Source: an uncultured Methanomicrobiales archaeon (GTDB taxonomy: Archaea > Halobacteriota > Methanomicrobia > Methanomicrobiales > Methanospirillaceae). Taken from it: a stretch of DNA of 64,000 nt. Positions 28,900-39,310 of this stretch are shown here, piece after piece. The position numbers were made by a program, and so were the translations under genes. The notes below the pieces were generated by a model that had not been told where the DNA came from, ran no database searches, and saw only the letters and a program-made list of their open reading frames with translations. Within the stretch, counting starts at the first letter, position 1; every line of letters begins with the position of its first letter. The stretch lies in contig CAVWXH010000010.1 in the NCBI GenBank assembly GCA_963758915.1, positions 129,208 to 193,207 on the forward strand, written 5' to 3'.

Positions 28900-30042
28900 A
28901 TGGGACGGAAAGCTGGAGAATTTGTGCGACAGGATCGGGGGTATGATGCCTTCATCCCCAATCCTTTACCGCCGGATATTGAATATGATGATGAATTGCG
29001 TCTTCTTCTCTCGAAGGCCGATGCAGCCCTGGCCCGCCTTGACGGGGTAACTGAAGTCCTCCCGAATCCCGATATCTTTGTTGCAATGTACGTGAAGAAA
29101 GAAGCGTTGCTATCCGCCCAGATTGAAGGGACGCAGGTCTCGCTTCAGGGGGTGCTGGAATTCGAAGCAAATCTCAAACCAAAGGAGGATATCCGGGATA
29201 TCAGGGAAGTTATCAATTACATACGAGCCATGAATTATGGCGTCGAGCATCTTCGGAATGGTGACCTGGACCTTGCGTTAATCAACGAGTCCCATAAGAC
29301 GCTGATTACCGGGACGAGGGGTTCTGATAAAAATCCCGGCAGATACAAGGACAAACAGAATTTTCTTGGAACCCCGGGAGGATCTATCTTCCAGGCATCA
29401 TTTATCCCGCCGCCACCGGCAAAAATTGAACAGCTGATGGGGGAACTTGAAAAATTCATCAAAGAAAAAGACAAGTTGCCGGTACTCATCAAAATTGCAC
29501 TGATTCATGCACAGTTTGAAACGATCCACCCCTACCTTGATGGTAACGGGAGGATGGGACGGCTTCTTATCACGTACTATCTCTATTGGACGAAATCGCT
29601 ATCGAGGCCCCTGCTCTACCTGAGTTTCTATCTCAAGAAATACAAACCGGAATATGCTGAACACCTTAACAGAATACGGTTTCATGATGACTGGGAGGCC
29701 TGGTTGAAATTTTTCTTAAAGGGCGTTATTGAAGTATCAGAGAACGCCATTCAATCGGCAAGGGAAATTATCGCGTTGAAGGATAGTTCGATTAAGAAAC
29801 TGATCGAAAATAAGGTAGGTGGAATGAATGCGATCAGGTTACTTGATCTCTTATTCGACAATCCGACTGTTTCAATCAGAGAAGTGGCGGATGAACTGAA
29901 GATCAGCCCGGTCGCTGCAAACAAACTGGTCAACAAAATGGTGGGCCTGGGTATCCTGCAGGAAATTACCGGAAAAGAACGATACCAGATGTTTGCATTT
30001 GTTGATTTTATCAGGATTATTGAAAAGGGGACACGGGTGTAA
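28900..30042 (+). CDS. Fic family protein with C-terminal HTH
   Basis: HPYLDGNGRMGR Fic motif; EALLSAQIEGT inhibitory-helix-like motif. Confidence 0.93.
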   Translation: MGRKAGEFVRQDRGYDAFIPNPLPPDIEYDDELRLLLSKADAALARLDGVTEVLPNPDIFVAMYVKKEALLSAQIEGTQVSLQGVLEFEANLKPKEDIRDIREVINYIRAMNYGVEHLRNGDLDLALINESHKTLITGTRGSDKNPGRYKDKQNFLGTPGGSIFQASFIPPPPAKIEQLMGELEKFIKEKDKLPVLIKIALIHAQFETIHPYLDGNGRMGRLLITYYLYWTKSLSRPLLYLSFYLKKYKPEYAEHLNRIRFHDDWEAWLKFFLKGVIEVSENAIQSAREIIALKDSSIKKLIENKVGGMNAIRLLDLLFDNPTVSIREVADELKISPVAANKLVNKMVGLGILQEITGKERYQMFAFVDFIRIIEKGTRV

Positions 30043-30065
30043 TTACCCGCGGTTTTTAACGGAAC

Positions 30066-30172
30066 GAAAAATTGGGAGGTGGCTAAACCTCCCGGCTCCC
30101 TCTATGCCCCGAAGGGCAACTACTACTCTGTCGCAAATCAGTATCAACCTCTGCGAAATTGTAGCCCCGGAA
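30066..30172 (-). ncRNA. Candidate small structured RNA
   Basis: Three hairpins on minus strand incl. TGCCC-TTCG-GGGCA and a GC stem before a U-tract. Confidence 0.4.
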
Positions 30173-30195
30173 AAATTAGGTACGGGAAAAAAGAT

Positions 30196-30556
30196 CTATT
30201 GATTTACATTTGGTGGATTTTTCCTGCCTGCTACCTTTAAGGCATATATCAGGCCAATTGCAACTAGAAATGCCAGAATCGTCCCTCCCACAATTGCAAG
30301 AATTCCACCCGTAGAACCCAATCCCTTCACCAAGTGAATAATCCGGCATCGGGGCTGAATACGCAAACTTTCCTTCCAGATTCTCCTGAATTTCTGCATC
30401 AGGTGGAGTTGGCCCGATGAGTGATTTCTGTCCCTGGATAATCAGGGCTGTGCTTTCCATGCCATCCGGATCGCTTGATGCAAGGAATACTGCCACCACC
30501 CCGATAAGTATTGCGATGACAAGACCCCCAATTATCAGAGTTTTATTGTCGATCAT
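30196..30556 (-). CDS. PDGLE-domain Co/Ni ECF accessory protein (frameshift in a G run ~30325)
   Basis: ASSDPDGME, APMPDYSL, C-terminal TM in the alternative frame. Confidence 0.8.
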
Positions 30557-31206
30557 GCAACTGCACCCGCCTTTGCTGGTAATACACCTTGATCCACCAT
30601 ATCAGGCCTCACGTTCATAATCAGGTAAATCGCACCTACCGTGATAACCCCCTCAACAACTCCGATGACTGCATGGTACAATCCCATCGCAATCATACCC
30701 ATTTCGAGCGGGAATGTTCCGGCGAGCCAGAGTTCAACTGATGCACAGATTGCCGGAATAAAGCAGGCAAGCCATGCGGCGATGAATGCAGAGATCGGCA
30801 TGCTTCCGGTGGCAGCTTTCAGTCCTTTGAAACTATAGAATCCCACGAAACCACCGACTACCCCCATGTTGAGGATGTTAGCCCCCATTGTCGTGAGCCC
30901 ACCATCCCCAAACATGACACCTTGGACAATTAGCACCAATGTCAGGATGAATACTGCAGCAAATGGGGAGCCAAGAACAATTGCTACGAGTGCTCCACCA
31001 ACAAGATGTCCACTCGTCCCCATGGAAACGGGGAGATTAAAAGACTGGAGCGCAAAGATTCCAGCCGCCAGAACCGCGACCAATGGTAATTTTTCCTCGG
31101 ACAATTCATTTTTTGCCCACCGCAGGGAGAGATACACAAAGACCAGGGCTATAATCCAGTAGATTGCGCCCTGCCATATCGGAATAAATGCATCAGGTAT
31201 GTGCAA
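30553..31206 (-). CDS. cbiM: Co/Ni ECF S component CbiM/NikM
   Basis: TTG start giving MHIPD after GAGGTG; GTSGHLVGG, GDGGLTTMGAN. Confidence 0.92.
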   Translation of the reverse strand: MHIPDAFIPIWQGAIYWIIALVFVYLSLRWAKNELSEEKLPLVAVLAAGIFALQSFNLPVSMGTSGHLVGGALVAIVLGSPFAAVFILTLVLIVQGVMFGDGGLTTMGANILNMGVVGGFVGFYSFKGLKAATGSMPISAFIAAWLACFIPAICASVELWLAGTFPLEMGMIAMGLYHAVIGVVEGVITVGAIYLIMNVRPDMVDQGVLPAKAGAVA

Positions 31207-31221
31207 CGAATACACCTCATC

Positions 31222-31246
31222 ATACTATTATACAATTTCGTAGCAC
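31222..31246. promoter_or_regulatory. Candidate NikR-type operator
   Basis: ATACTA-N13-TAGCAC imperfect palindrome just upstream of cbiM RBS. Confidence 0.4.
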
Positions 31247-31326
31247 TTCTAGTGTAAAAAAGATTGTGATTTCATATTTATTAAGTAAATATAAAAATAT
31301 CGTATGGTTTAACTAACGGTTTGACA

Positions 31327-32092
31327 TCAAACTAGAAAAATAGTTAGATTGATGAAGTAAACGAGCTCCACCTCACCCGCCCATTCACCACAAAGTTCCC
31401 AGCCAGCCCCAACCTTCTCCGAGGTCGTATGAACATACCCGAGTGCCGTAGTATTCCCAATCCCAATCAGAGATCGTGATCCCGCAGCAAAGCTACCGTA
31501 ACCATTACCCGACGATGAAACATCCATCGCCAGCGAATCCGGCAGATCAATATCACCCTGGCTAATCGCACCAGCCGACCGATATGCAAAGCGAATCAGT
31601 CATAAACATCGTCGAAACCCCAGCATATTCACAATAAGCCTGATCGAGTAAGATTCGCCCCTTCAGCATCAAGCGAGTCCGATCCACAAGTCACCCCGGC
31701 AGCACGGTGATCCGACTGAATAAACCATCAACGACTCCGAGAGGATCCCGGGTCCCTGGCTGTCCACCTGCTGACCTGTCGAGAACTCGAGTATTTCATC
31801 CGCTGACAACGACCTATCTCCTGAGTACGTCCCGGGACCGTTCACCAGGACCGATCCGACATACCCACCACTGAGTACCTCCTGCCCGATTCCGAGCGGA
31901 GGTGTCTTCGAAAGGTCCCCATCCGATGCAGTCCAGGTCCAATCGGATGAACTGGATAGCATCTGATCTCCGGTTGCCGATATCGATACCTCACAAGAGG
32001 CAGCCTGGGCCGGGGTAATCCCGGTGCAGGCCACCCCAAGCACAACAGCCGCGAAAGATGCAACCGCCGATGACCAGCTTCCTCCGCTGCAT
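31327..32092 (-). pseudogene. Secreted Ser/Gly-rich protein, several frameshifts
   Basis: Signal-like start ending AQAA; ORF pieces 31669-32043 and 31327-31527. Confidence 0.55.
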
Positions 32093-32103
32093 CAGTCGCT
32101 TAA

Positions 32104-32497
32104 TCATTTCGCCTCCGTCTTTCCCGAGCCCTTGATGAGCCCGTATTCAATGTCATACCAGGCAGACGGGACCGTGATCGTGTACGTGTCAAGTCTCTCC
32201 GCTTCGGCCTCCGCCACCTGCCGGAGAAGGCTCTCCTGCTCAATGGGTGAGTGGTCGAACGTCAGCCATCTCTTCGTACTGTCGGTCATCTTGTATGACC
32301 GGCCCGGGACCTCCGGGGGTGCAGTGGTCACCGTGTCGTCAGTCGCATCAAAGTCAGCTCAGTACCTGCTTTGTCGTCAGTTGTGCCTGCTGTGTATCAG
32401 CGGTCGCTTTCGTCGCTCTCATGTGCTGCACGTATGCGATGAACGCAGCAGCGAGCGTAATCAGAATCTCAATGAGGTTGGTTAATTCCGGATCCAT
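32104..32497 (-). CDS. Membrane-anchored hypothetical protein (frameshift ~32355)
   Basis: MDPELTNLIEILITLAAAFIAYVQH continuing as DDTVTTAPPEVPGRSYKM...YGLIKGSGK. Confidence 0.6.
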
Positions 32498-32651
32498 GAT
32501 GTTCTCCTTTTATTTTCTCATGCTCCGCACGCAGGGCCTCGAACTCCGCACAAATTACCTCATACTTCCCGATTTTCTCATAAATCAGGAAAAGCGAAGG
32601 GTAAAGCGGAAGTACGACGCCGAGGATCAGGGCCGTAGTTTCAATATCCAT
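32469..32651 (-). CDS. Small TM + coiled-coil protein
   Basis: GAGGAGG RBS; MDIETTALILGVVLPLYP... Confidence 0.6.
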   Translation of the reverse strand: MDIETTALILGVVLPLYPSLFLIYEKIGKYEVICAEFEALRAEHEKIKGEHHGSGINQPH

Positions 32652-32729
32652 AGTGGACCTCCTCGAACAGGGAGGCAAGAATAGAAGGAGCAGGGATTAG
32701 GTCCGGCTCTCCCGTGTTCAGATGGCTGT

Positions 32730-33238
32730 TCAGGCGAGTGCGGGCTTTGTGTTGGCCCAGGTGTTCACGCGGGCGACAATCGCATTGTCCTCGTACGAGG
32801 AAATGGTGACTGCCTTCCGGGTGAACGTGACGGTATAGTCCTCGCCGTTCGCATCGTGACAATTCAGCGAAATGGAATACCCTTCGCCTTCGGTGTCCTG
32901 AATGGGGTCCCCGCCGATTGCGGTTGCAAGTGCCGTATTTCCGACAAGTGCGGCTGCAGCTGCGGTATAGCCTGCAACGGTTGATGCCTTTGCAGTTGCA
33001 GTACCCATGTTCTTCAGGGTTGTCGGGTTTTCATAGACCACACGGATGCCGAATGACTGTGAACCACGGACTGACTACCGGGATGAGTTTCACCGGCTAC
33101 AACGTGGTCCACGCACTGGAATGCGTTGGTATCGATGACACCCTGGACAAGGGTGTTTAAGGTCGCTACATCAGCGATCTTGGTCGTAAGAGTACGGACC
33201 GACCGCTTGACATTTGCCTTCTGGACAAAATCTGACAT
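32730..33238 (-). CDS. Hypothetical protein MSDFVQ...WANTKPALA (frameshifted ~33050-33090)
   Basis: ORFs 33014-33238 and 32730-33041 join into ~168 aa Ala/Thr-rich protein. Confidence 0.7.
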
Positions 33239-33322
33239 TTCTTTTCTCTCCTGCCCCTTTTGGGACGTAAAGAGGGTAAGAAGGGAAATAAAAAAAGAAG
33301 GGATGGAAATGTAGCCCCGGAA
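33230..33322 (-). repeat. Leader repeat copy 1
   Basis: CCTGCCCCTTTTGGGACGTAAAGAGGGTA...ATGGAAATGTAGCCCCGGAA shared with 39311-39405. Confidence 0.9.
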
Positions 33323-33324
33323 TT

Positions 33325-33606
33325 CTACGAATTAAGGTAACATTTTTTCGCAAAGCCCGGATGCAGTTGATCCCGAGCATATCCTTCAGTTTCAAAATAA
33401 GAAAGATCGAATTGAGATTCAGTCCGATCTGACATGCTGTTGAGATTTGGATCGGGATCCTCCACTGATAGGTAATCAACAATACATGATTCGGGGAACA
33501 CTGCATGGCAATATGAGCATTTATAGGCAGTCCGGGAATGTTGGGAACGATAGAGACTTGGTCTCTTACAACATGGGCAAAGAGGGATTGGGCCTTCGAA
33601 ATTCAT
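33325..33606 (-). CDS. Small Zn-ribbon hypothetical protein
   Basis: CPCC...LYRS...YKCSYC. Confidence 0.45.
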   Translation of the reverse strand: MNFEGPIPLCPCCKRPSLYRSQHSRTAYKCSYCHAVFPESCIVDYLSVEDPDPNLNSMSDRTESQFDLSYFETEGYARDQLHPGFAKKCYLNS

Positions 33607-33717
33607 ACATTGTTGTGGGAATAAGGTGGTATGAACTCAGGGCGTGTGCAGGACGAAAGTGATGATCTTCGCAATCTCTTCCTCTACTTTATATCCGAAT
33701 ACTATCCAGAGGAAGGT

Positions 33718-33930
33718 ATGAATCTCGAAAAAACAGCGTTATGGCTTGTAATTGTTGCAAACATCGTACTTTTTTCATACACGATGATTTACTATCCATT
33801 CCGTTGCAATGAGATTGCAAAATTGTCCGGTGGATCTATAACCTGCGGCTTGAACATAGGTGCATACCTTCTAGCGATCATTATGTGTGTGATTGCTGCA
33901 GGAGCTGCGATAATTCTCATCGAGGAATGA
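33718..33930 (+). CDS. Small two-TM membrane protein
   Basis: GGAAGGT RBS, two hydrophobic segments. Confidence 0.5.
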   Translation: MNLEKTALWLVIVANIVLFSYTMIYYPFRCNEIAKLSGGSITCGLNIGAYLLAIIMCVIAAGAAIILIEE

Positions 33931-34060
33931 AAATCATCTCCAATTTTGGTTTGTTCAACCCCGGCCTGATGTCAATATTCCGGCAGTTACGGTTTTTTAA
34001 CTTCCAAATGGAATAAAAAAAAGTGAATGGAACAATAAGTGGAAAAAACCATTTTTTGAG

Positions 34061-35980
34061 TTATCTCCTGAATACCCGCAATCCATTTCCTACCGCGAGA
34101 AGTTCGGATGCCTCATGGAAGACCACCGCAACCGTTACGCCAAGGATACCTGCAAGTGCGGCTGGAATCATGATTGCGAGCACTGCGAGCGAGAAGACGA
34201 TATTCTGTGTGGAGATGGCCCGGGCCTTTTTCCCGAATGCGATAGCTTCCGGAACTTTCGACAGGTCATCGGCCATCAGGGCAACATCAGCCGCTTCAAT
34301 TGCCGCATCGGTCCCGATCGTTCCCATTGCGATCCCGACCGTGGCATGGGCCAGTGCCGGAGCATCGTTAATGCCGTCACCGATCATCACAACGAAACCG
34401 TATTTCTCCTTGAGGGTGTCGATTGCTGCAGTTTTGTCCTCTGGCTTCAGGTCTGCCCGTATGTCGTCAATTCCCAGATCACTGGCTACAGCCCTTGCGG
34501 TAATCTGGTTGTCACCTGTCAACATGATCGTCGCTATCCCCATCGTGTGGAGCTTGTCGATCATCGCTTTTGCCTTCGGCCGTACCTCATCCCGGACCGC
34601 GATAAGACCAAGGACTTTGTCCTGCATTCCTACGAATATGACGGTCTTCCCGTTGGTACGAAGCTGGCTAATCTGCTGCCTGGTAACTTCATCTGGGGTG
34701 ATCGAAGTGAAAAATTCCGGTTTTCCCACATAATATGTTGTTCCGCTGATAACCGCCGTCGCAGCCTGCCCGGGAAGAGCACATTCACCGACCGCTTCGT
34801 GAGGCTGAATGCCAGCCGTCTCTGCATGCCTTACAATTGCCCGGGCAAGTGGGTGGTCAGAACAGCGTTCGACAGTGTACGCGATCCGGAGGACCTCATG
34901 TTCGTCACCGTTCAATGGGATAATGTCAGTTACTGCAGGTGAACCGGTCGTGAGTGTCCCGGTCTTGTCGAATGCAACTGCTTTGGTTTTTCCGAGGTTC
35001 TCAAGGTGGGCACCCCCTTTTATGAGAATACCGTGCTTTCCCGCAGAGCCGATACCTGCCGCAACGGCGACCGGTGTGGACATGACGAGAGCACACGGTG
35101 CTGCTGCAACGAGGAGAACCACGCCCCGGATTGCAAGATCGTTGAACGGTATGCCGAAGAACGGCGGGACAATGATGATAATGAGCGACACGAGGAGGAC
35201 CAGAGGTGTATATATCCGGCCGAACCGTTCGATGAAAGCCTGTGTCTTTCCTTTCTGCTCCTGTGCCTCTTCAACCAGGTGGATCATCTTTGCGAGGGAA
35301 TTATTCTTGAACGTGGCCGTTGTTTTTACCTCCAGGGCACCGTCGAGATTGAGTGTCGCAGCAAAGACCTTCATCCCTTCCGATTTTTCGACGGGCACTG
35401 ATTCACCGGTCACAGCCGCTTCATTAATACCGGACCGGCCTTTCATGATGATTCCGTCGGTGGGTATACCCGCACCGGGTTTCACAAGAAAAATATCCCC
35501 AACCTGGAGCTGATCGGCCGGGATAACCTGTTCGGTCCCATTCCGGAGCAGGACAGCTTCTTTGGGTGCAAGGTCGAGAAGTTTCCGGATCGATGCCCGT
35601 GTCCGGGCGTACGTGATATGCTCCACGCCTTCGGCTGCAGCATATAGGACGACGAGTGTCACAGCCTCCTCCCAGAGCCCGAGCACGATTGCCCCTAACG
35701 TAGCGGCGATCATCAGCATCTCGATGTCGATCGAATGCTCATGGATCAGCTCTTCAAATCCTTCCCGGGCCCAATGGTATGCTCCGAGGAGGATAGCAAC
35801 AACGAAGAGCATGTTCACGACCAGTTCGGGGATAATCCCTAGAAGACCGAGAATGAAACCCAATATTGCAATACCTGCAGCTATCAGTGCGTTGCGGAGC
35901 GGGGGATACCTATACCATTCCCCTTCATATGCGCCACTACATTTATCACAGTCGCAGTTCTCTGAACAGGATGTACTCAT
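34061..35980 (-). CDS. Heavy-metal P1B-type ATPase (ZntA/CadA-like)
   Basis: TGES, APCALV, DKTGTLT, HP, GDGINDAPAL, HEASE; Cys-rich N-terminus. Confidence 0.95.
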   Translation of the reverse strand: MSTSCSENCDCDKCSGAYEGEWYRYPPLRNALIAAGIAILGFILGLLGIIPELVVNMLFVVAILLGAYHWAREGFEELIHEHSIDIEMLMIAATLGAIVLGLWEEAVTLVVLYAAAEGVEHITYARTRASIRKLLDLAPKEAVLLRNGTEQVIPADQLQVGDIFLVKPGAGIPTDGIIMKGRSGINEAAVTGESVPVEKSEGMKVFAATLNLDGALEVKTTATFKNNSLAKMIHLVEEAQEQKGKTQAFIERFGRIYTPLVLLVSLIIIIVPPFFGIPFNDLAIRGVVLLVAAAPCALVMSTPVAVAAGIGSAGKHGILIKGGAHLENLGKTKAVAFDKTGTLTTGSPAVTDIIPLNGDEHEVLRIAYTVERCSDHPLARAIVRHAETAGIQPHEAVGECALPGQAATAVISGTTYYVGKPEFFTSITPDEVTRQQISQLRTNGKTVIFVGMQDKVLGLIAVRDEVRPKAKAMIDKLHTMGIATIMLTGDNQITARAVASDLGIDDIRADLKPEDKTAAIDTLKEKYGFVVMIGDGINDAPALAHATVGIAMGTIGTDAAIEAADVALMADDLSKVPEAIAFGKKARAISTQNIVFSLAVLAIMIPAALAGILGVTVAVVFHEASELLAVGNGLRVFRR

Positions 35981-36078
35981 GACTCATGACTCCGTTTGAC
36001 TAAGGATAATTTTCTGATAGATAGTATCCGTTTAATAGTTGATAAGCAGAAAAGTAACACAACAGGTAGGTAGTATCC

Positions 36079-36450
36079 ATGAAGAAACCTCCATCCGTGA
36101 ACAATGATATCTGTTTCTGCCCGTTGTTTGGAATCCTCGATGTAATTGCAAAGAAGTGGGCACTCCTGATAATTGCGATTTTGGGTAATGAAGGCGAGAA
36201 GGGATTCAATGAACTCAAAAAAGAGCTCGGATGCATCAGCCCGAAACCGCTATCTGACACATTGAAGAATCTTGAACGGATTGGGCTTGTGAGCAGGGAG
36301 ATCCAGGATAGTTCGCCGCCAGCCGTAAAATATTCGCTGACCTCAGATGGTCAGGAACTTCGCAAGCACCTGATCCCGATGCTGGTCTGGGTCTCGGAAC
36401 GCGGAGGTCAGGAGATGCCGGGTTGCCCTATACGGACTGGGAAACATTAA
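36079..36450 (+). CDS. HxlR-family regulator divergent from the ATPase
   Basis: CFCP, KKWALLI, FNELKK, ISPKPLS, YSLT. Confidence 0.9.
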   Translation: MKKPPSVNNDICFCPLFGILDVIAKKWALLIIAILGNEGEKGFNELKKELGCISPKPLSDTLKNLERIGLVSREIQDSSPPAVKYSLTSDGQELRKHLIPMLVWVSERGGQEMPGCPIRTGKH

Positions 36451-36615
36451 GAAATAAATTATGTAGCCAACTGAACAATATCATTTCCCCTTGCTTTTTT
36501 TTAAGTTCCTCACACACACCGTCCCATTCCTGTTCCTACCTTCGAGCACTGCTAACACCAATCGTAATGGGAATTGCGTAATAAATTGTGTTATAAATAC
36601 GAAATTTCAGCCGTG

Positions 36616-38198
36616 TTATTTTTCCGGTAATTTTCCACCAGTTCCCGAGAACCGCCACATCCCTTTCGGCACCGTCATCTCAAACCGTGCACCTTTCCCC
36701 GGTTCACCTGTTTCACGAATGGTGATACCGGTGATAGAGAGGATCTCACGGGACGAGGAACAAACCCAAGACCGGTGTTCTTTCCGAACCCACGCTCGAA
36801 GATTTTCTCCTTCTCATCCGCAGAGACACCGTTTCCATCATCCTCGACAAACAATTACACAATCACCATCGAGTTTCTCAACAGAGAACCTGATGGTCGT
36901 GATCTTCCCGCCGTACCGTACCGCGTTGTCCATCAGGTTGAAAAAGACCTTGACAATCAACTGGTCAGCGAATATTGTAAAATCATCAGGGATATCATTT
37001 ACCAACCGGATATCGCCCATAGCTACGTCTTTTGCAGCTGTGTCCACCAGGGTACGGGTATTCTGCCAGACCGGTGCATTGACCCCGATACCCTCATACG
37101 TTTTTGTAAACTGGATCATCGCCTGTATCCGTTCGGCAGCATTGGTAATTTTGTTGAAATAGTCACTAAATGAAGTGTCCGGCTGCTTCATCTCCAGTAT
37201 TTCGAGGAAACCCATCAGCACGGTCAGCTGGTTATTGATGTCGTGCCGGGTGATACCTGACAGGAGCGTGAGTTTCTTGTTCGAGGTTTCAAGCGCTGCT
37301 GAAAATTGCCTGAGTTCCTGCTCATGGTACTTCATTTCCTGTTCGAGTAGAACACGCTCGGTGATGTCAACACCCTGGGCGATGGTGGAAAGTATCCTGC
37401 CTTCAGGATCGAAGATGTTTGCTGAATTCCAGAGCACCGTCCGGACACTGCCGTCTTTGATGAGAATCGGGATCTCAACAGTTTCCCAACGCTCGCCCTC
37501 AACTGCCTTCCGGATTAATGTCATTGAGGCGATTCGTGTCTCATCCGGGAAGAGTAGGTCCAGTGTCTTCCCCAGTACTTCCTCCTGGTTTCTGCCAGTC
37601 AGATGTTCGAACGCATGGTTGAACCGGGTGATGTGGAACCCGGGATCCCATGTGATAATCGGGGCATTGGCATAGTCAAACAGGTTGTTGAGATATTCCG
37701 TTGTTTCACGAAGCGCCTCATTTGCGAGATAAATTGCGTCCTGGGCTCTTCTTCAAATCATCACGCTGGGTTTCAGCAACTGCCTTCATGGAGCGGTACG
37801 CCTTCACCTGGTTTGTAAGATCGGACATATCCTCAATCAGTATCAGGGCAAACTTCCCGGTTGATTGATGGAAGGGAATAAATGAGATCTTCTCGACCCG
37901 AAGGTCCCCACTGGGGAACTCACAGGGAATCAGGTGCGGATGGAACGTCGAAGAGAACAGCACTGCAGGACCGCCTTCAAAAATCTGGGAGATCCTCGAA
38001 AATACCAGTGGATTTTTTAAGGCAGGGTATCGCTCAATTAAATTTGTTCCTTTCGCCTCATCTGCAGGTATATCCGTCCATTCAACCATGCAGGCATTCC
38101 AGAAACAGATAGAATAGTCTGATCTGGATAACAATGATCCCGTTTGGGATCATGTCAAGGAGCCCGAAAACCGGGTTTTCACCAGGGGTTTCTTCCAT
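36616..38198 (-). pseudogene. PAS-domain histidine kinase, multiple frameshifts
   Basis: PAS pieces, RHDINNQL H-box, NLMDNAVRYG N-box, GARFEM end. Confidence 0.8.
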
Positions 38199-38210
38199 GT
38201 TAGATACCTT

Positions 38211-38819
38211 TCAGGCCAGGACCCGGTTGATACTCTCAACAAGGGCGTTAAGGGAGCCGATCTCGAGGATCAGAAGAATATCTCCTTCAATGTTGAGCTT
38301 CTCGACAAGGAAATTGGTACGTGCCAGGAGAACGCATTCATCGCGGACACTTTTTCTTTTCAACCGGGCAAGGTTTGCAATCGGCCCTTCATAATATGTC
38401 GGAATCGAATAGATCAGGTGTTCTGACAGCACGTTTGCGATTGAGCCCATCACGGCATTAATGATAATATTCCCTACTTCTTTTAAGGCTTCAATTCTCA
38501 TTGCATCAAGTTCAGGGCTTTTTTCATGCTCTCCGGTCAGAAGCATGACAAGGGCCGCTGCACTGTCCGGGGGAAATACCACTGCACTGATTCCTGAAAA
38601 TGTACCCTTGAAATCCAGAAGCACGGCTGATAATGTATCTCCTGAAATGAGGGTATTCCCGGCCGCTGTGATTTCATTAAATGGGACAATCGTAATTGAC
38701 GGGATCTGGAGGCGTATGTGTGACCCGGTCATCTCCTGGAGCTGACCGGCAGCCCTGCCGACACCGATATTAACAATCTCCCTGATCGCATCAATCGTCT
38801 GTTCATCGATCTCTTTCAT
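38211..38819 (-). CDS. CheC-family phosphatase
   Basis: EIVNIGVGRAA and EVGNII repeats. Confidence 0.88.
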   Translation of the reverse strand: MKEIDEQTIDAIREIVNIGVGRAAGQLQEMTGSHIRLQIPSITIVPFNEITAAGNTLISGDTLSAVLLDFKGTFSGISAVVFPPDSAAALVMLLTGEHEKSPELDAMRIEALKEVGNIIINAVMGSIANVLSEHLIYSIPTYYEGPIANLARLKRKSVRDECVLLARTNFLVEKLNIEGDILLILEIGSLNALVESINRVLA

Positions 38820-39184
38820 CTCATTCCACCAGCAAGTGCCTTCTCGATTGCAGACTTGAGAAGATCCTTCTGAACCGGTTTGTTCATGAAGCCGAATGCC
38901 CCCAGGGCCATGCAGCGGTCCTTTGTTGTGGTCTGCACATCCGATGTGACAATAATGACAGGAGTCTTTATACTCTTCGCCTTCAGTTGTTCCAGCACCC
39001 AGATGCCATCATATTCGGGCATGAGCAGATCACTGAGTATAACGGCCGGTTTATCGGTGAGGATACGTTCTACGCCTTCATACCCGTTATCTGCGGTGAT
39101 AACATCATAACCAAGATCCTTTACGATGCTCGATACGACTTTACGTTGAAATGCCGAATCCTCAATGAGAAGAACTGTGACCAT
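38816..39184 (-). CDS. Single-domain response regulator (CheY-like)
   Basis: IEDS, DLLMPEYDG, TS, KP. Confidence 0.92.
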   Translation of the reverse strand: MVTVLLIEDSAFQRKVVSSIVKDLGYDVITADNGYEGVERILTDKPAVILSDLLMPEYDGIWVLEQLKAKSIKTPVIIVTSDVQTTTKDRCMALGAFGFMNKPVQKDLLKSAIEKALAGGMR

Positions 39185-39310
39185 ATCTTGACCTCGGGGA
39201 TTGTTCTGATATTCATTCCCTCAATGATTCTTTGGGATAAAATAGTTATCAATTAATTCCGTCTTAAAATCTGAATTGGTAAAAACTTACTGACGACGGT
39301 TTGTGACGTA

